Source of the DNA: Patescibacteria group bacterium
GTDB lineage: Bacteria > Patescibacteriota > Patescibacteriia > Patescibacteriales > WJLG01
Length of the DNA stretch: 64,000 nt
Assembly (NCBI GenBank): GCA_041652555.1
Contig: JBAZHE010000003.1
Coordinates: 4,096-68,095, forward strand
Direction: 5' to 3'
Position 1 is the first letter of the stretch. Each line of letters opens with the position of its first letter. This document shows positions 45,259 to 55,063 of this stretch, in pieces. Under the pieces are notes generated by a model. The model saw nothing but the letters and a program-made list of their open reading frames with translations, searched no databases and was not told the origin of the DNA. Both the position numbers and the translations under genes were made by a program.

Positions 45259-45440
45259 ATTTTATTATCCACAATTTTTTGAATGCTCGGGAAATCTGAT
45301 AATTTGATGGATTCTGTGAATCTTATATTAATCCCAGTAATTTGATCATCTTGAGAATTTACCACAAGAGAACTTCTTAATTCTCTAACCGACGCAAATT
45401 TTATTACAAGATTAATTGTATCTTTTGTATCTCCATTCAT
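45255..45440 (-). CDS. hypothetical protein (61 aa)
   Basis: ORF track; ATGA overlap. Confidence 0.45.
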   Translation of the reverse strand: MNGDTKDTINLVIKFASVRELRSSLVVNSQDDQITGINIRFTESIKLSDFPSIQKIVDNKI

Positions 45441-45447
45441 AATTAAT

Positions 45448-45816
45448 TCAGCCCACCGGATAACCTGCGTTCACGCATTCTGATAGCCACGCGGGGCGAT
45501 TGCCAATATTATTGTTATCAAATGGCACGTAGCACGTCTCAACCCACTGCGCTTTAACCAACTCTTCTAATAAATCATTTTGTTTAGTCAGAGCGTTTAA
45601 AACGATCTGGTCTTGTGTGGGGCACATTGAGAGGTGGGATCGCCCATCCGTGGAGTTTAAACCAATGTCGGTCCAAGTCCAGCTGTCATTGCTTCCCCCG
45701 ATATACCATTTTTCTGACGAAGCGGGCTGTATTGAATTCTGCACTTTTGATTCATCTCCCATTACAGGAGTAATGCATAGAAGGAGGAGAAGGATTATCA
45801 AGAATTTTGTTTTCAT
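45448..45816 (-). CDS. secreted hypothetical protein
   Basis: ORF track trimmed to MKTKFLIILLLLLCITPV (signal peptide) ATG 45816, preceded by minus-strand tatatatcc and ACGCGT. Confidence 0.5.
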   Translation of the reverse strand: MKTKFLIILLLLLCITPVMGDESKVQNSIQPASSEKWYIGGSNDSWTWTDIGLNSTDGRSHLSMCPTQDQIVLNALTKQNDLLEELVKAQWVETCYVPFDNNNIGNRPAWLSECVNAGYPVG

Positions 45817-45856
45817 AATAGTGTTATACGCGTTTATTGGATATATAGTTTTCATA

Positions 45857-46960
45857 TCATTTCCCCGACTTCGTTCTATTATGGTGCATACAAAGCATCT
45901 GACAATTATCTTCTACCGATTTTCCACCTTTTACCCACGGAACAATATGATCCGCTTCCATCTCTTCAAACTCATAATGTTTAGAGGGATCACATATAGG
46001 GCATATACCTTTTTGTCTTTCATATACTTTTGTTGTGATTTTTTCATCAAAGGTTCGTAAGTTTAAAGACGACTGATCTTTTTCTCCACTCAACAGGAAT
46101 TTATAAATACCTTTTTTATTTCCCACTTCATCGTCATCCATAAGTTCTTTGATGCGATCTTCCATAATAGAGGGGGTGTATTTAAAATCCTTATATTTAT
46201 TATAGAATATACCCCATTCTAACCCTTTCATTTCTTTTCTATAATTTGAAAATATTGCTTTCACCCAATTAATAACCCCTTGGAAATATAACCACATTTC
46301 ATTGGCATTAGTATCATGCTGGTGGATTGACATATAGTCTTCTATCCCAATACCGTCTCTTTCAGAAATCCATTTTATAGCGGTTTCCAAATAATCTTGT
46401 CTTATAGACGAACCCACCAAATATTTACTTGCAATATCGTGAGCAGGGCACATATTTTTTGAAAAATATTTTTTAGCGTCAGAAAGCCACTCTCCCGTAT
46501 AAGTGGCATTCCGCAATTCTTGATCAGTGAGTTTGATACCTGCTATATTTATAATTTTAAACCAATCTAACTTCTCCTTATCATTGCCTTGACAAATATA
46601 AATCATCAATTTATAATTTAATATTTGTTCCTTTTCCACATCTGTGAGATTGTGAAAAAACATACAATCTACTGAAAAATCACCATTAATATATTGGCAA
46701 ATACTCACTGTTCTTTGCTGACCATCAAGCAATTCATATGTGCCATTATTATTAACTACCCAATACATAATATTTAATGGGAACCCTTTAACAATTGTTT
46801 TAATAACTTCGTTTCTTTGATTAACATTATAAACAAATTCTCTTTGAAATGGTGGGCGAATATTTAGTTTACCATTATATCCAAATGCCCCATTTTCAAC
46901 ATCATCCACATATCCTTCTGATATTTCTTTAATAGGTATTTCTTTTAGTATTATTTTCAT
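45857..46960 (-). CDS. DUF262 (ParB-like NTPase) - HNH nuclease fusion
   Basis: N-terminal PPFQREFVYN and LLDGQQR; C-terminal CPICD..EADHIVPWVKGG..NCQMLCMHHNRTK. Confidence 0.8.
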   Translation of the reverse strand: MKIILKEIPIKEISEGYVDDVENGAFGYNGKLNIRPPFQREFVYNVNQRNEVIKTIVKGFPLNIMYWVVNNNGTYELLDGQQRTVSICQYINGDFSVDCMFFHNLTDVEKEQILNYKLMIYICQGNDKEKLDWFKIINIAGIKLTDQELRNATYTGEWLSDAKKYFSKNMCPAHDIASKYLVGSSIRQDYLETAIKWISERDGIGIEDYMSIHQHDTNANEMWLYFQGVINWVKAIFSNYRKEMKGLEWGIFYNKYKDFKYTPSIMEDRIKELMDDDEVGNKKGIYKFLLSGEKDQSSLNLRTFDEKITTKVYERQKGICPICDPSKHYEFEEMEADHIVPWVKGGKSVEDNCQMLCMHHNRTKSGK

Positions 46961-47881
46961 CTACTTCACCTTTCTTTTTATAACGATGCGAGCATAAACT
47001 TTTTTTCCATTTATATATGGATACCCATAATTAAATTCATCAATCTTTGTGGTTGTCATACATCCAATAATCTCAAACTGATCTGGGTTATATTTATCAA
47101 TAAATGTAATTGGAACACCGAACTCGCCAAAATAATCTATTGGTATATCTTTAATCTTATTCACATTAATAGCATCATAATTGTCATATTCGGGATACTC
47201 TACATCATTATATTTTTTATAAAGAATCAATTCTTCGCATCTCTTCTTTATTTCGAGATTTGTAAACCAATAAGTATTACCCATACCACGATATTTAATC
47301 CCATTTTCTTCTCTACATCCATTACTATTTAATTCATAATAATTAGGCACTATATATTCTTTATATCCATTATTATACCCAACCCATATTTTATTCTCTT
47401 TAAGCAGGGGGAAAATTTCTTTATAAGTAATAGCATTCAAACTCCCAATAATCAAAAACCTCTTTTCATATTCCATCAACTGCGCTACATATTCACGGAA
47501 TAAAGAAAATGGTGGGTTGGTAACAACAATATCGGATTCTTTCAATAACTCGATACATTGCGGGCTTCTAAAATCACCGTTTTCTTCCAAATTTGTTTCT
47601 TTAAAGTCCACGCCGTCGTATTCTAGTTTATATGTGGGTTTCAATGAATCATAATGTGTCGATATTAATTTCTTCAACCCAAGATATTTAAACTTTAAAC
47701 AAAAATAACCCGTGAAGTTACTTTCTCTCGGATCATCACAATTGCAGAAAACGGTCTTCCCTTTGAAATATTCTTTATAATGTTTTAATTCCTTTTCTAT
47801 ATCGGACATTTGTGTGTAAAACTCATCCTGCTTATCTTTCTTTGCTTTGTTAAGTTGGCAGTTCTTTGAAGTTGTAGTCAT
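46961..47881 (-). CDS. adenine-specific DNA methyltransferase (EcoRI-methylase-like)
   Basis: DEFYTQ near N-terminus, motif IV VVTNPPFSLF; stop abuts start of the DUF262-HNH gene. Confidence 0.75.
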   Translation of the reverse strand: MTTTSKNCQLNKAKKDKQDEFYTQMSDIEKELKHYKEYFKGKTVFCNCDDPRESNFTGYFCLKFKYLGLKKLISTHYDSLKPTYKLEYDGVDFKETNLEENGDFRSPQCIELLKESDIVVTNPPFSLFREYVAQLMEYEKRFLIIGSLNAITYKEIFPLLKENKIWVGYNNGYKEYIVPNYYELNSNGCREENGIKYRGMGNTYWFTNLEIKKRCEELILYKKYNDVEYPEYDNYDAINVNKIKDIPIDYFGEFGVPITFIDKYNPDQFEIIGCMTTTKIDEFNYGYPYINGKKVYARIVIKRKVK

Positions 47882-47924
47882 TTTTAATCACAACACTATA
47901 TGCGTCCATCGTAGATATAATTTT

Positions 47925-48506
47925 CTATGTTGCTCCGGATTCACCATGTTCAAAACGCGCAGAACGGGCTTTGTATGCGGCATCTTTAGTTAACACTTCA
48001 AATGTGTCTTGTTTAAAGTATTCCCACTGTTCGTCGTCCGGATGATATAGTGAAACAACATTTGAGTTTGTATCCCATTCAGAAACAAATACAATTCTAT
48101 CTTCTCTTCCCGTTCTAACTTGTAATCCCACCCAATCCCCATCTACTCCAAATATACATTCGTCATCATATGAACCACCGCCGCTATCACAAGAGTCCCA
48201 CCCATAAAACCAACCAATATAATTCCAAGGCGATCCACGCATCAACACAATCGCATTGTTTATTTTGCTAGAAAACTCACTATATAAACCACTTCCTTTA
48301 TCGCTATCGGGTTTGATCTCAACAAAAACTTTAATTTCTGGTAACCAAAAATCCGGCAAATACCATTTTCCATTAATATCATAACCTTCGATTTCATATT
48401 CCCATTTTATACCAAGAACATCAAAGTAGACAGCATATCGGGCTTCTAATCTTGACCTAAAATTGCATCCTTTATACTTGGTTTGTATTGGCTTTATTTC
48501 AGTCAT
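47925..48506 (-). CDS. PD-(D/E)xK (restriction-endonuclease-fold) nuclease
   Basis: FRSRLEARYAVYFD..WEYE...YLPDFWL..VFVEIKP. Confidence 0.65.
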   Translation of the reverse strand: MTEIKPIQTKYKGCNFRSRLEARYAVYFDVLGIKWEYEIEGYDINGKWYLPDFWLPEIKVFVEIKPDSDKGSGLYSEFSSKINNAIVLMRGSPWNYIGWFYGWDSCDSGGGSYDDECIFGVDGDWVGLQVRTGREDRIVFVSEWDTNSNVVSLYHPDDEQWEYFKQDTFEVLTKDAAYKARSARFEHGESGAT

Positions 48507-48599
48507 GCATATATGTAAGTTCTCATACTATTTATACTTATCTAAACAATTTTTATCAAATGGATACAATTAAATACTAGAAGCACCTACATTGTTTAC

Positions 48600-48779
48600 A
48601 TGTTGACACTGGAAGAAATTGTTACTATTTTACAAGACCGGAACTTAAGCGAAGTCAGTAGAAGAACAGGACTTGCAATACCAACGGTTTGGAGAATAGC
48701 AAATAATCAGGCGGGTAATGTTGGATATGAAACAGTGAAACGCCTCTCCGACTACTTAGAAAAGAAACCCGGTGAGTGA
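48600..48779 (+). CDS. small helix-turn-helix DNA-binding protein (59 aa)
   Basis: Not in track; LSEVSRRTGLAIPTVWRIANN fits an HTH; overlaps GTG start of the primase gene. Confidence 0.5.
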   Translation: MLTLEEIVTILQDRNLSEVSRRTGLAIPTVWRIANNQAGNVGYETVKRLSDYLEKKPGE

Positions 48780-51133
48780 TATCTTTGGAAAACACATTGT
48801 TCATTCCGCGCGCGCTTGAAAACAGAGTTAAACTCATTAAGTTAAAACAGAAATCCAAAATTCCCGACCAAGATACTTGGAGTGTCGAAAATAGCTTCTT
48901 CCCGAATGATACAGAAATCATAGATCATGTATCTTCGGGAAAAAATTATGGTATAATCCCAATCAACAATACGATAGTAATTGATTGTGATACCGAAGAA
49001 TTATATTCGACAATCGGGGGACATTGGAAAAAAACACTTACTGTGATTACTGGGAGAAGTGGAGTTATCGGAAGACATTTGTTTTTCGATTGCCCCGACT
49101 CCCCAAAAGATAAAATATTAATAAATGATCCAAATAACCCAAAAATACAACTCGGGGATATAAGGGGCAGCGAATCGCCATTTTATACAGTTGGCGCTGG
49201 AAGCATTCATCCAGATACCGAAAGAAAATATAAATATAAAGACCCGAATGCTTCTTTGATTTCTATATCTTGGAAAGATATTCAATCTGAATTGCTCGAC
49301 AAATTCAAATTAAAAATCAAAGAAGAAATACCAGTCAAAACAAAAAACATTGCACAAAACCCGTTGACGAATAAACTAAATTTGCGAATAGAAAATTTCG
49401 CTATGCCAACCGGTAAAATCGAAAGGCGCGCAAATGGAGATATACAAGGCACGCATCCAATACATGGTTCCACTACAAAAATGAATTTTGCTATAAATTC
49501 GAATAAGAATGTCTTTCATTGTTATCGTCACGACGTTGGTGGCGACCCGATATCTTGGATAGCGTATGCACATTGTGGTGTTCCAGAAGAAGATTGTAAT
49601 AAATTAACAGATGATCAATTTAAAGAAGTTGTTGAATGGTTACGTGACAATGGTTTTGAAAAGGAACTTAAAGAACTAGACGAAAAATATTCACCAAACT
49701 TAAATGTAGAAATAATAGATGAAAGATCTATAAATAATATTATAAATCAAAAACCCCCTACTAAAACCACAACTACAAACAATCCACCAATTGTTGGTAA
49801 CACAATCGACATGGAAATAAAAGCTGCAAATGACAGATGTAAACTTCCAAATTTTCCCGAAATTGACGAAGGGTTATTTAAAGAATATATAGAATTAGGT
49901 AAACGAGTGTCATATTCTTTGCACGAATTTCACTTTGCGGCATTGCTTTCAATTGCATCAATGGCTATAAAAAGAAGAGTTCTTATACAAGTAGGGATGA
50001 CAAAAATTTATACTAATGTATTTGCAATGGTGGTCGGTCATACAACAATTAGTGGAAAGTCCGTAGCATGTAATATGGCCATCGATTCATTTTCCCAAGC
50101 AATCATCCATGAAGAAAACTTAAATAAATTACAATCAACCAATCTTCTCCGTGGGACAATAAGCGAACCCGCACTTATTCAAGGATTGGATGAAACATAT
50201 AATTCCCTTTGGTATTACGATGATTGCGCTGGATTTTTTGAAGATGCTGGTAATTGGAATGCACATGTTCTTGGAACATTATGCAGTTTATATGATTGCA
50301 CTGCAATTGAAAGAACGCTTTCAAAACGCGGAAAAAACGGGGAGAAATATAAATGGGAATGCCCAACACCATTTATGTCTATATTATTCAATACAACGAA
50401 TAAAGATATTGAAACTGTCGCAAGCGCACGGTTGTTTTCATCCGGATTTTTCCCACGATTAATGTGGTTTTATGGTCAGGGTGGAACACCGAGGAAGAAC
50501 GAAAATGTATCTGAAAGCGATAAGAAGATTACCAACAATGTGTTTAAAGAGATTGTTGGGTTAAGAACAAAACTTGAAATATATCCAGATGATGGTATTA
50601 TATTTGGGGTATGCAACGAAATAGAAGATTGGAAACTTAACTCAACGCTTGGAAAACTTGGTGTTGAAGACGAATCATATAGAACATCAATTTCAAGAGG
50701 GTTTATACATGCGTATAAAATTGCAGTGATCCTTACTATGGTCGATAAAGAATTCCAAAGAAAAAATATACCGGAAAGGTTAAAAAAACTTGAACCCGGT
50801 GAAATATATCAACCAATAGTGCTAACAATTCCCCATAAACACGCAATGATGGCAATAAAGATAGTAAACGATTATCTTATACCACGTATGATGTATGTAT
50901 ACGATCTATGCAATAATTCGGATATGAAAAACCACCAAGTGATTGTAAGAAAGGCTATAATTGGATTTGGGGGTTCCGTGGAAAGAACCAAACTTTTAAA
51001 GAAGACGCATCTTAACAGCAAAGACCTTAATACTGCATTGAATACTATGGTAGAATCTGGAGAAATAAAGATGTATGAGAATAAAAAGACTGGTAGCGAT
51101 AAACCAACAACATTTGTTATCTTAAATGATTAG
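48776..51133 (+). CDS. primase-polymerase (AEP) fused to a P-loop helicase-like domain
   Basis: AEP motifs VIDCDTEE, GRSGVIGRHLFF, GSIHPDT; zinc-finger-like FHCYRHDVGGDPISW; Walker A GHTTISGKS. Confidence 0.8.
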   Translation: MISLENTLFIPRALENRVKLIKLKQKSKIPDQDTWSVENSFFPNDTEIIDHVSSGKNYGIIPINNTIVIDCDTEELYSTIGGHWKKTLTVITGRSGVIGRHLFFDCPDSPKDKILINDPNNPKIQLGDIRGSESPFYTVGAGSIHPDTERKYKYKDPNASLISISWKDIQSELLDKFKLKIKEEIPVKTKNIAQNPLTNKLNLRIENFAMPTGKIERRANGDIQGTHPIHGSTTKMNFAINSNKNVFHCYRHDVGGDPISWIAYAHCGVPEEDCNKLTDDQFKEVVEWLRDNGFEKELKELDEKYSPNLNVEIIDERSINNIINQKPPTKTTTTNNPPIVGNTIDMEIKAANDRCKLPNFPEIDEGLFKEYIELGKRVSYSLHEFHFAALLSIASMAIKRRVLIQVGMTKIYTNVFAMVVGHTTISGKSVACNMAIDSFSQAIIHEENLNKLQSTNLLRGTISEPALIQGLDETYNSLWYYDDCAGFFEDAGNWNAHVLGTLCSLYDCTAIERTLSKRGKNGEKYKWECPTPFMSILFNTTNKDIETVASARLFSSGFFPRLMWFYGQGGTPRKNENVSESDKKITNNVFKEIVGLRTKLEIYPDDGIIFGVCNEIEDWKLNSTLGKLGVEDESYRTSISRGFIHAYKIAVILTMVDKEFQRKNIPERLKKLEPGEIYQPIVLTIPHKHAMMAIKIVNDYLIPRMMYVYDLCNNSDMKNHQVIVRKAIIGFGGSVERTKLLKKTHLNSKDLNTALNTMVESGEIKMYENKKTGSDKPTTFVILND

Positions 51134-51316
51134 TGTTAAATAAATATAATTAACTTAATAACTTTTGTTTTACTTAATTATTTTTAATTAACTTATTAAA
51201 CTACATGTTCAATCATTATAAATAAATTTGATTTAACATGATTAATTATTATAATATATTGTAAATATATTTTATTTAACTTTTCATATTTATTAATCAT
51301 TTCTATTAAATAGCAA
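51134..51316. other. extremely AT-rich ORF-free tract (candidate DNA unwinding element)
   Basis: Almost pure A/T with reiterated ttaactt/taattaa words, directly after the primase gene. Confidence 0.5.
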
Positions 51317-51352
51317 GTTCACAAAGTTCACAAAGTTCACAAAGTTCACAAA
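51317..51352 (+). repeat. four perfect tandem 9-mers GTTCACAAA (iterons)
   Basis: gttcacaaa x4, read directly. Confidence 0.9.
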
Positions 51353-51414
51353 GAGTACGTAGTTATCATACCCTATTTTTTAACGTCGTAGTTACTTCTA
51401 TAATAGATAGGGTC

Positions 51415-51468
51415 TGTGAACTTTGTGAATTTTGTGCGTTATGTGAGCTTTGTGCGTTTTGTGAACTT
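51415..51468 (-). repeat. six tandem 9-mers in inverted orientation (2 perfect, 4 degenerate)
   Basis: tgtgaactt tgtgaattt tgtgcgtta tgtgagctt tgtgcgttt tgtgaactt; complement of the 51317-51352 unit. Confidence 0.85.
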
Positions 51469-51684
51469 GGTAATACGTATACTCGTTTTCCATCGGAAAT
51501 GATGGTTAAATAAATTTTTTAATACGCGCGTTGTTGCCAATGGAAAGCGCGGTTTCCCTATCAATTTTCAAAACCATGAACACTTACTCACAAAACAATA
51601 GAACCGAGAAATCTTACGCAGGTATTGCGGCTCTATGTTGATTTTGTTGTGGGTGTCGAAAATGGTTTTGCTTGTGTGGGAAAA

Positions 51685-51693
51685 CTATATAAT
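51685..51693 (+). promoter_or_regulatory. TATA-like box for leaderless unit starting at 51716
   Basis: gggaaaa-ctatataat, ATG 23 nt downstream of box end, no RBS. Confidence 0.45.
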
Positions 51694-51715
51694 GTTTGAA
51701 TGCGTATAGTTTGGT

Positions 51716-51907
51716 ATGGAAGATAGTGTTGAAAATGCACAAAAAGTGCTTAACGAATTAAAGGAAGATATTAACGAGAGAATTAAAGGTCTCAGCAATA
51801 TGATGCAGAAAGAATCTATCACCCCAACACAATTCGTGACAATTGCAGCAGTAAAAGGTGAACTTGAACGATTTATTGATGCTTACCCAGAACTTAAAAA
51901 TTATTGA
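51716..51907 (+). CDS. hypothetical protein (63 aa)
   Basis: ORF track. Confidence 0.5.
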   Translation: MEDSVENAQKVLNELKEDINERIKGLSNMMQKESITPTQFVTIAAVKGELERFIDAYPELKNY

Positions 51908-51918
51908 GGAGTGGTAAT

Positions 51919-52167
51919 ATGGTCGAAAAACTACACACAATCCACTACATCTGCGTCTGGAACTATGCCAACCTTCCAGACCCCATTAAGAGTTGGATGG
52001 AAAAAGAACACATTGCAAGAGATGACCTTGATTGGATTGCATTGGTTCCACCGTGTTACTCGGATGTATGGATTAATTGGTTAGAAGAACCAGTATTTGG
52101 TTGCTGCTCCGTAAAGACATATGATTTCGGTAAAGATCACAATCTCGTGTTTGGGTATCATGCATGA
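51919..52167 (+). CDS. hypothetical protein (82 aa)
   Basis: ORF track trimmed to ATG 51919 behind GAGGAG RBS. Confidence 0.5.
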   Translation: MVEKLHTIHYICVWNYANLPDPIKSWMEKEHIARDDLDWIALVPPCYSDVWINWLEEPVFGCCSVKTYDFGKDHNLVFGYHA

Positions 52168-52991
52168 AATTCCAATACGCATTTATTCTATGCATTTTAT
52201 TCCTTCTCATTGTCGGTTGCACCCAAACCGTGCCTGCGCCCATAAATAACAACGGTAATCTTGCTGTTCACTTCATCGATGTTGGTCAAGGAGATTCAGA
52301 ACTTGTCCGATTTCCCAATGGTGAAACAATGCTCGTGGATGCAGGCACAACGGATTCCGAAGTGTCGGAACTTGCGTATCTAAAGAAGATTGGTGTAACA
52401 CACCTAGACGCAGTGGTTGCAACCCATCCGCATGTGGATCATATTGGTGGTATGGAATACATTATCACGAATGTTCCAACGTCTGAATACATTGATGGCG
52501 GATCAACTTCCACAGAAAAAACTTATACTTCGTTGATGACTAAAATTCCCAACCACGTGATTGTTCGTCATGGAGATTCTATTGTTTTAGACCCAAACGT
52601 GTCTGTGAAAGTTTTGAGCAGTAAAGGATATGTTGATTCCGAAGATTTGAATGAACAGAGCGTGGTTTTACAAATCACGTATGGTAGAAATACATTCTTA
52701 TTAATGGGAGATGCCGGATACCCGATTGAAACTAAACTTGTGACGAGTGGCGATGAATTAGGCGCGGATGTTTTGAAGGTTGGGCATCACGGAAGTTCAA
52801 CGGCGAGTAGTGTGCAATTTTTAAATGCCATCGTGCCAAGATATGCGGTGATTGAAGTTGGAGCGAATAATAAATACGGACACCCGACGAAACAAACACT
52901 GGCGCGGTTGGAAAAGGTGAAAGTGTATAGAACGGATTTGGGTGGGACGATAGTTATAAGTAGTAATGGGGATAATATAAGTGTGATATGA
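52164..52991 (+). CDS. metallo-beta-lactamase-fold hydrolase (ComEC C-terminal-domain-like) with lipobox
   Basis: Signal/lipobox FLLIVGC; VHFIDVGQGDS, THPHVDHIGG, GHHGS. Confidence 0.8.
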   Translation: MKFQYAFILCILFLLIVGCTQTVPAPINNNGNLAVHFIDVGQGDSELVRFPNGETMLVDAGTTDSEVSELAYLKKIGVTHLDAVVATHPHVDHIGGMEYIITNVPTSEYIDGGSTSTEKTYTSLMTKIPNHVIVRHGDSIVLDPNVSVKVLSSKGYVDSEDLNEQSVVLQITYGRNTFLLMGDAGYPIETKLVTSGDELGADVLKVGHHGSSTASSVQFLNAIVPRYAVIEVGANNKYGHPTKQTLARLEKVKVYRTDLGGTIVISSNGDNISVI

Positions 52992-52992
52992 A

Positions 52993-53262
52993 ATGACCTG
53001 CCCAAATGCTCCATATGGAATAGTAGACTCCGCATACATCGAAGGTGTTGAAAAATACGCTGGCAAAAAGTTCACGCGCATTGGAAAGTTCAATCTTGAA
53101 CTCTTGTGCGAGACATTAGAAAAGGTATGCGCGGAAACTTCTGGAGAAGTAGAGTTACTTTCGTTATCCGATATCGAAATGCCTATGGGTGGAAAGGCAG
53201 GTATGTTTGTGATTAAGTATGATGGGGAGAATTATATTGCGTTGGCTGGGGTGAGGGAATGA
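52993..53262 (+). CDS. hypothetical protein (89 aa)
   Basis: ORF track. Confidence 0.5.
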   Translation: MTCPNAPYGIVDSAYIEGVEKYAGKKFTRIGKFNLELLCETLEKVCAETSGEVELLSLSDIEMPMGGKAGMFVIKYDGENYIALAGVRE

Positions 53263-53468
53263 CTCCAAAAGACGCAGATGATTTAAAACAGATGGACGCT
53301 TCGATAGAAAATCACATCCGACGAATTGAACGATTAAAAACTTTAAAAGAAGTATATGATCGTTTAGAAGGAATGTCATATCAAGATTTCGAAAGTGGGT
53401 GCAAACACGCTGTTGTAGATTGGTCGGATATTGATTGTTTGTTTGCAGAGTTAGGAGGAGAGGAATAA
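53259..53468 (+). CDS. hypothetical protein (69 aa)
   Basis: ORF track; ATGA overlap. Confidence 0.5.
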   Translation: MTPKDADDLKQMDASIENHIRRIERLKTLKEVYDRLEGMSYQDFESGCKHAVVDWSDIDCLFAELGGEE

Positions 53469-53471
53469 ACT

Positions 53472-53612
53472 ATGATAACGATCAACGAACTTGAAAATTA
53501 TTACGTTTATAATCAACCAATATCAGAAAGAAGTAGAATCAATGGTGTTATCAAAGTTGACGAAACCGCGTGGAAATCAGAAACTGATTTTAATGGGCCG
53601 GTGAAAAAATGA
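53472..53612 (+). CDS. small hypothetical protein (46 aa)
   Basis: Not in track; GGAGGAGAGG RBS; ATGA overlap with next gene. Confidence 0.4.
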   Translation: MITINELENYYVYNQPISERSRINGVIKVDETAWKSETDFNGPVKK

Positions 53613-54316
53613 GTGACGCATTATCGGATATTCGAAAAGCAGATCGTAATAGACCGAGATATTCACAAGTTGAATATGAAGATGCTATTAGAAAGGCGAG
53701 AGAAGAGGAAAGGAATAAATGTCCAACATTCGACAGTATTGCTAACGAAATACGTTTAACTGACGCCGGATATGTTAAATGCAAATTTGATGGTAAGTGC
53801 GAGTGTGACACGTGTGGAAAGAAAAGTAAAGAACTTTATACACATCTTGATTGGGAAACAAACGAATCTGACGGTTGGGTTTGTCCAGATTGTGCTTTTA
53901 AAGTATTACGCGATGCGCGCACCGAATCGTTCTTGTTTAATCAAGAAATAGAAAATGATCACATAAAAGAAATACAAAAAGAAGCAAATCCGTTTAATAG
54001 ATCGTGTTTAGGAAATATTCATGACTGCCCATGTGAAGACGAATGCGGTGCAAAAAGCGATTGTTTTAAATTTGCCAATATTATAAATAAACACGAAATA
54101 ATATCTACCCACTGTGGTTATGAGAAGGCATTAAGTGATATGAAAAATCGTGCCGATTGCGGATTTTATATTAAAGGGGTTTCGGACACGCTGGAAGGTA
54201 GGATTTATAAAACTATAGAATTACTTCAAAATTCTAATATGATGGATTCTGAAGAGCAGTGCAAAATGTGTGAAGAACAACTCGGTTCTGCATATTGCAT
54301 AGGATGTAAAGAATGA
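53609..54316 (+). CDS. Cys-rich hypothetical protein (235 aa)
   Basis: ORF track; multiple CxxC pairs. Confidence 0.6.
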   Translation: MSDALSDIRKADRNRPRYSQVEYEDAIRKAREEERNKCPTFDSIANEIRLTDAGYVKCKFDGKCECDTCGKKSKELYTHLDWETNESDGWVCPDCAFKVLRDARTESFLFNQEIENDHIKEIQKEANPFNRSCLGNIHDCPCEDECGAKSDCFKFANIINKHEIISTHCGYEKALSDMKNRADCGFYIKGVSDTLEGRIYKTIELLQNSNMMDSEEQCKMCEEQLGSAYCIGCKE

Positions 54317-54333
54317 AATAAAAACTAAAAGTT

Positions 54334-54351
54334 GGCGGGACGCTGCCCGCC
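54334..54351 (+). terminator. GC hairpin after the plus-strand unit
   Basis: ggcggg-acgctg-cccgcc, followed by a T/G-rich tract. Confidence 0.45.
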
Positions 54352-54483
54352 TATTGTATCGATTGTGGAGATTTGTTGTGTGGTATGGTTTTCTTCTAAC
54401 CTCGGTTTGTTTTAGGAGTGCCGACCCACTCCATGAAAAGATAGTTTGTTCTTATTAATAAACTTTTCGGTTAGAAGGAAAGG

Positions 54484-54492
54484 TATTTAAAG
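54484..54492 (+). promoter_or_regulatory. BRE/TATA-like box for leaderless gene at 54515
   Basis: ggaaagg-tatttaaag, ATG 23 nt downstream of box end, no RBS. Confidence 0.5.
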
Positions 54493-54514
54493 TTAAAACG
54501 CATATAATATTGCC

Positions 54515-55063
54515 ATGAGAAAATATTGTGCTATGGTAGATGTTGACAACACCCTCTTCGATTTCGCCACGCCATTATACGAAATGTTTATAAAGGATGG
54601 AATTAATATTTCACCACCCACAGAATGGAATATTTGGGATTATTTTTATCCCGAGTACATGACCAGCAAAGTAGCGCACGAGTATTTCAACAATGTGCAT
54701 TCACATCAATTGGAATACGAGCCATTTGAAGATGCGCGCGTATTTTTGAGAGATTTGATGATGTATTATAAAGTGGTAATTGTATCTCATAGGCGACCGC
54801 ACCACTGTGGCATTCTAAAAGAATGGTTAGATATTAACCATTTGTCATATGATGAAGTTAAATGTTCAAACGATAAAACTAAAATGTTTGACAAAGATGT
54901 TTTCGATGTGGTTATTGATGATTGCCCTATGACACTAACGGCGGCGAAAAATGCAGGCATTGTTGGTTACGGATTGATTCGTCCGTGGAATGTTGGATGT
55001 AAAGACGGGGTGTTATTGTCTACATTGACGGAGATTGGGAAGTGTGGGGGTTGGATAGAATGA
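54515..55063 (+). CDS. HAD-superfamily 5'(3')-deoxyribonucleotidase-like protein
   Basis: N-terminal DxDxT motif MVDVDNTLFDF; size and VVIDD region fit the NT5C-like family. Confidence 0.6.
   Translation: MRKYCAMVDVDNTLFDFATPLYEMFIKDGINISPPTEWNIWDYFYPEYMTSKVAHEYFNNVHSHQLEYEPFEDARVFLRDLMMYYKVVIVSHRRPHHCGILKEWLDINHLSYDEVKCSNDKTKMFDKDVFDVVIDDCPMTLTAAKNAGIVGYGLIRPWNVGCKDGVLLSTLTEIGKCGGWIE

Noticed and set aside
51317-51468. CRISPR array
   Set aside because: The units are 9 bp and directly abutting with no spacers. The two blocks are in opposite orientation, which fits iterons rather than CRISPR.
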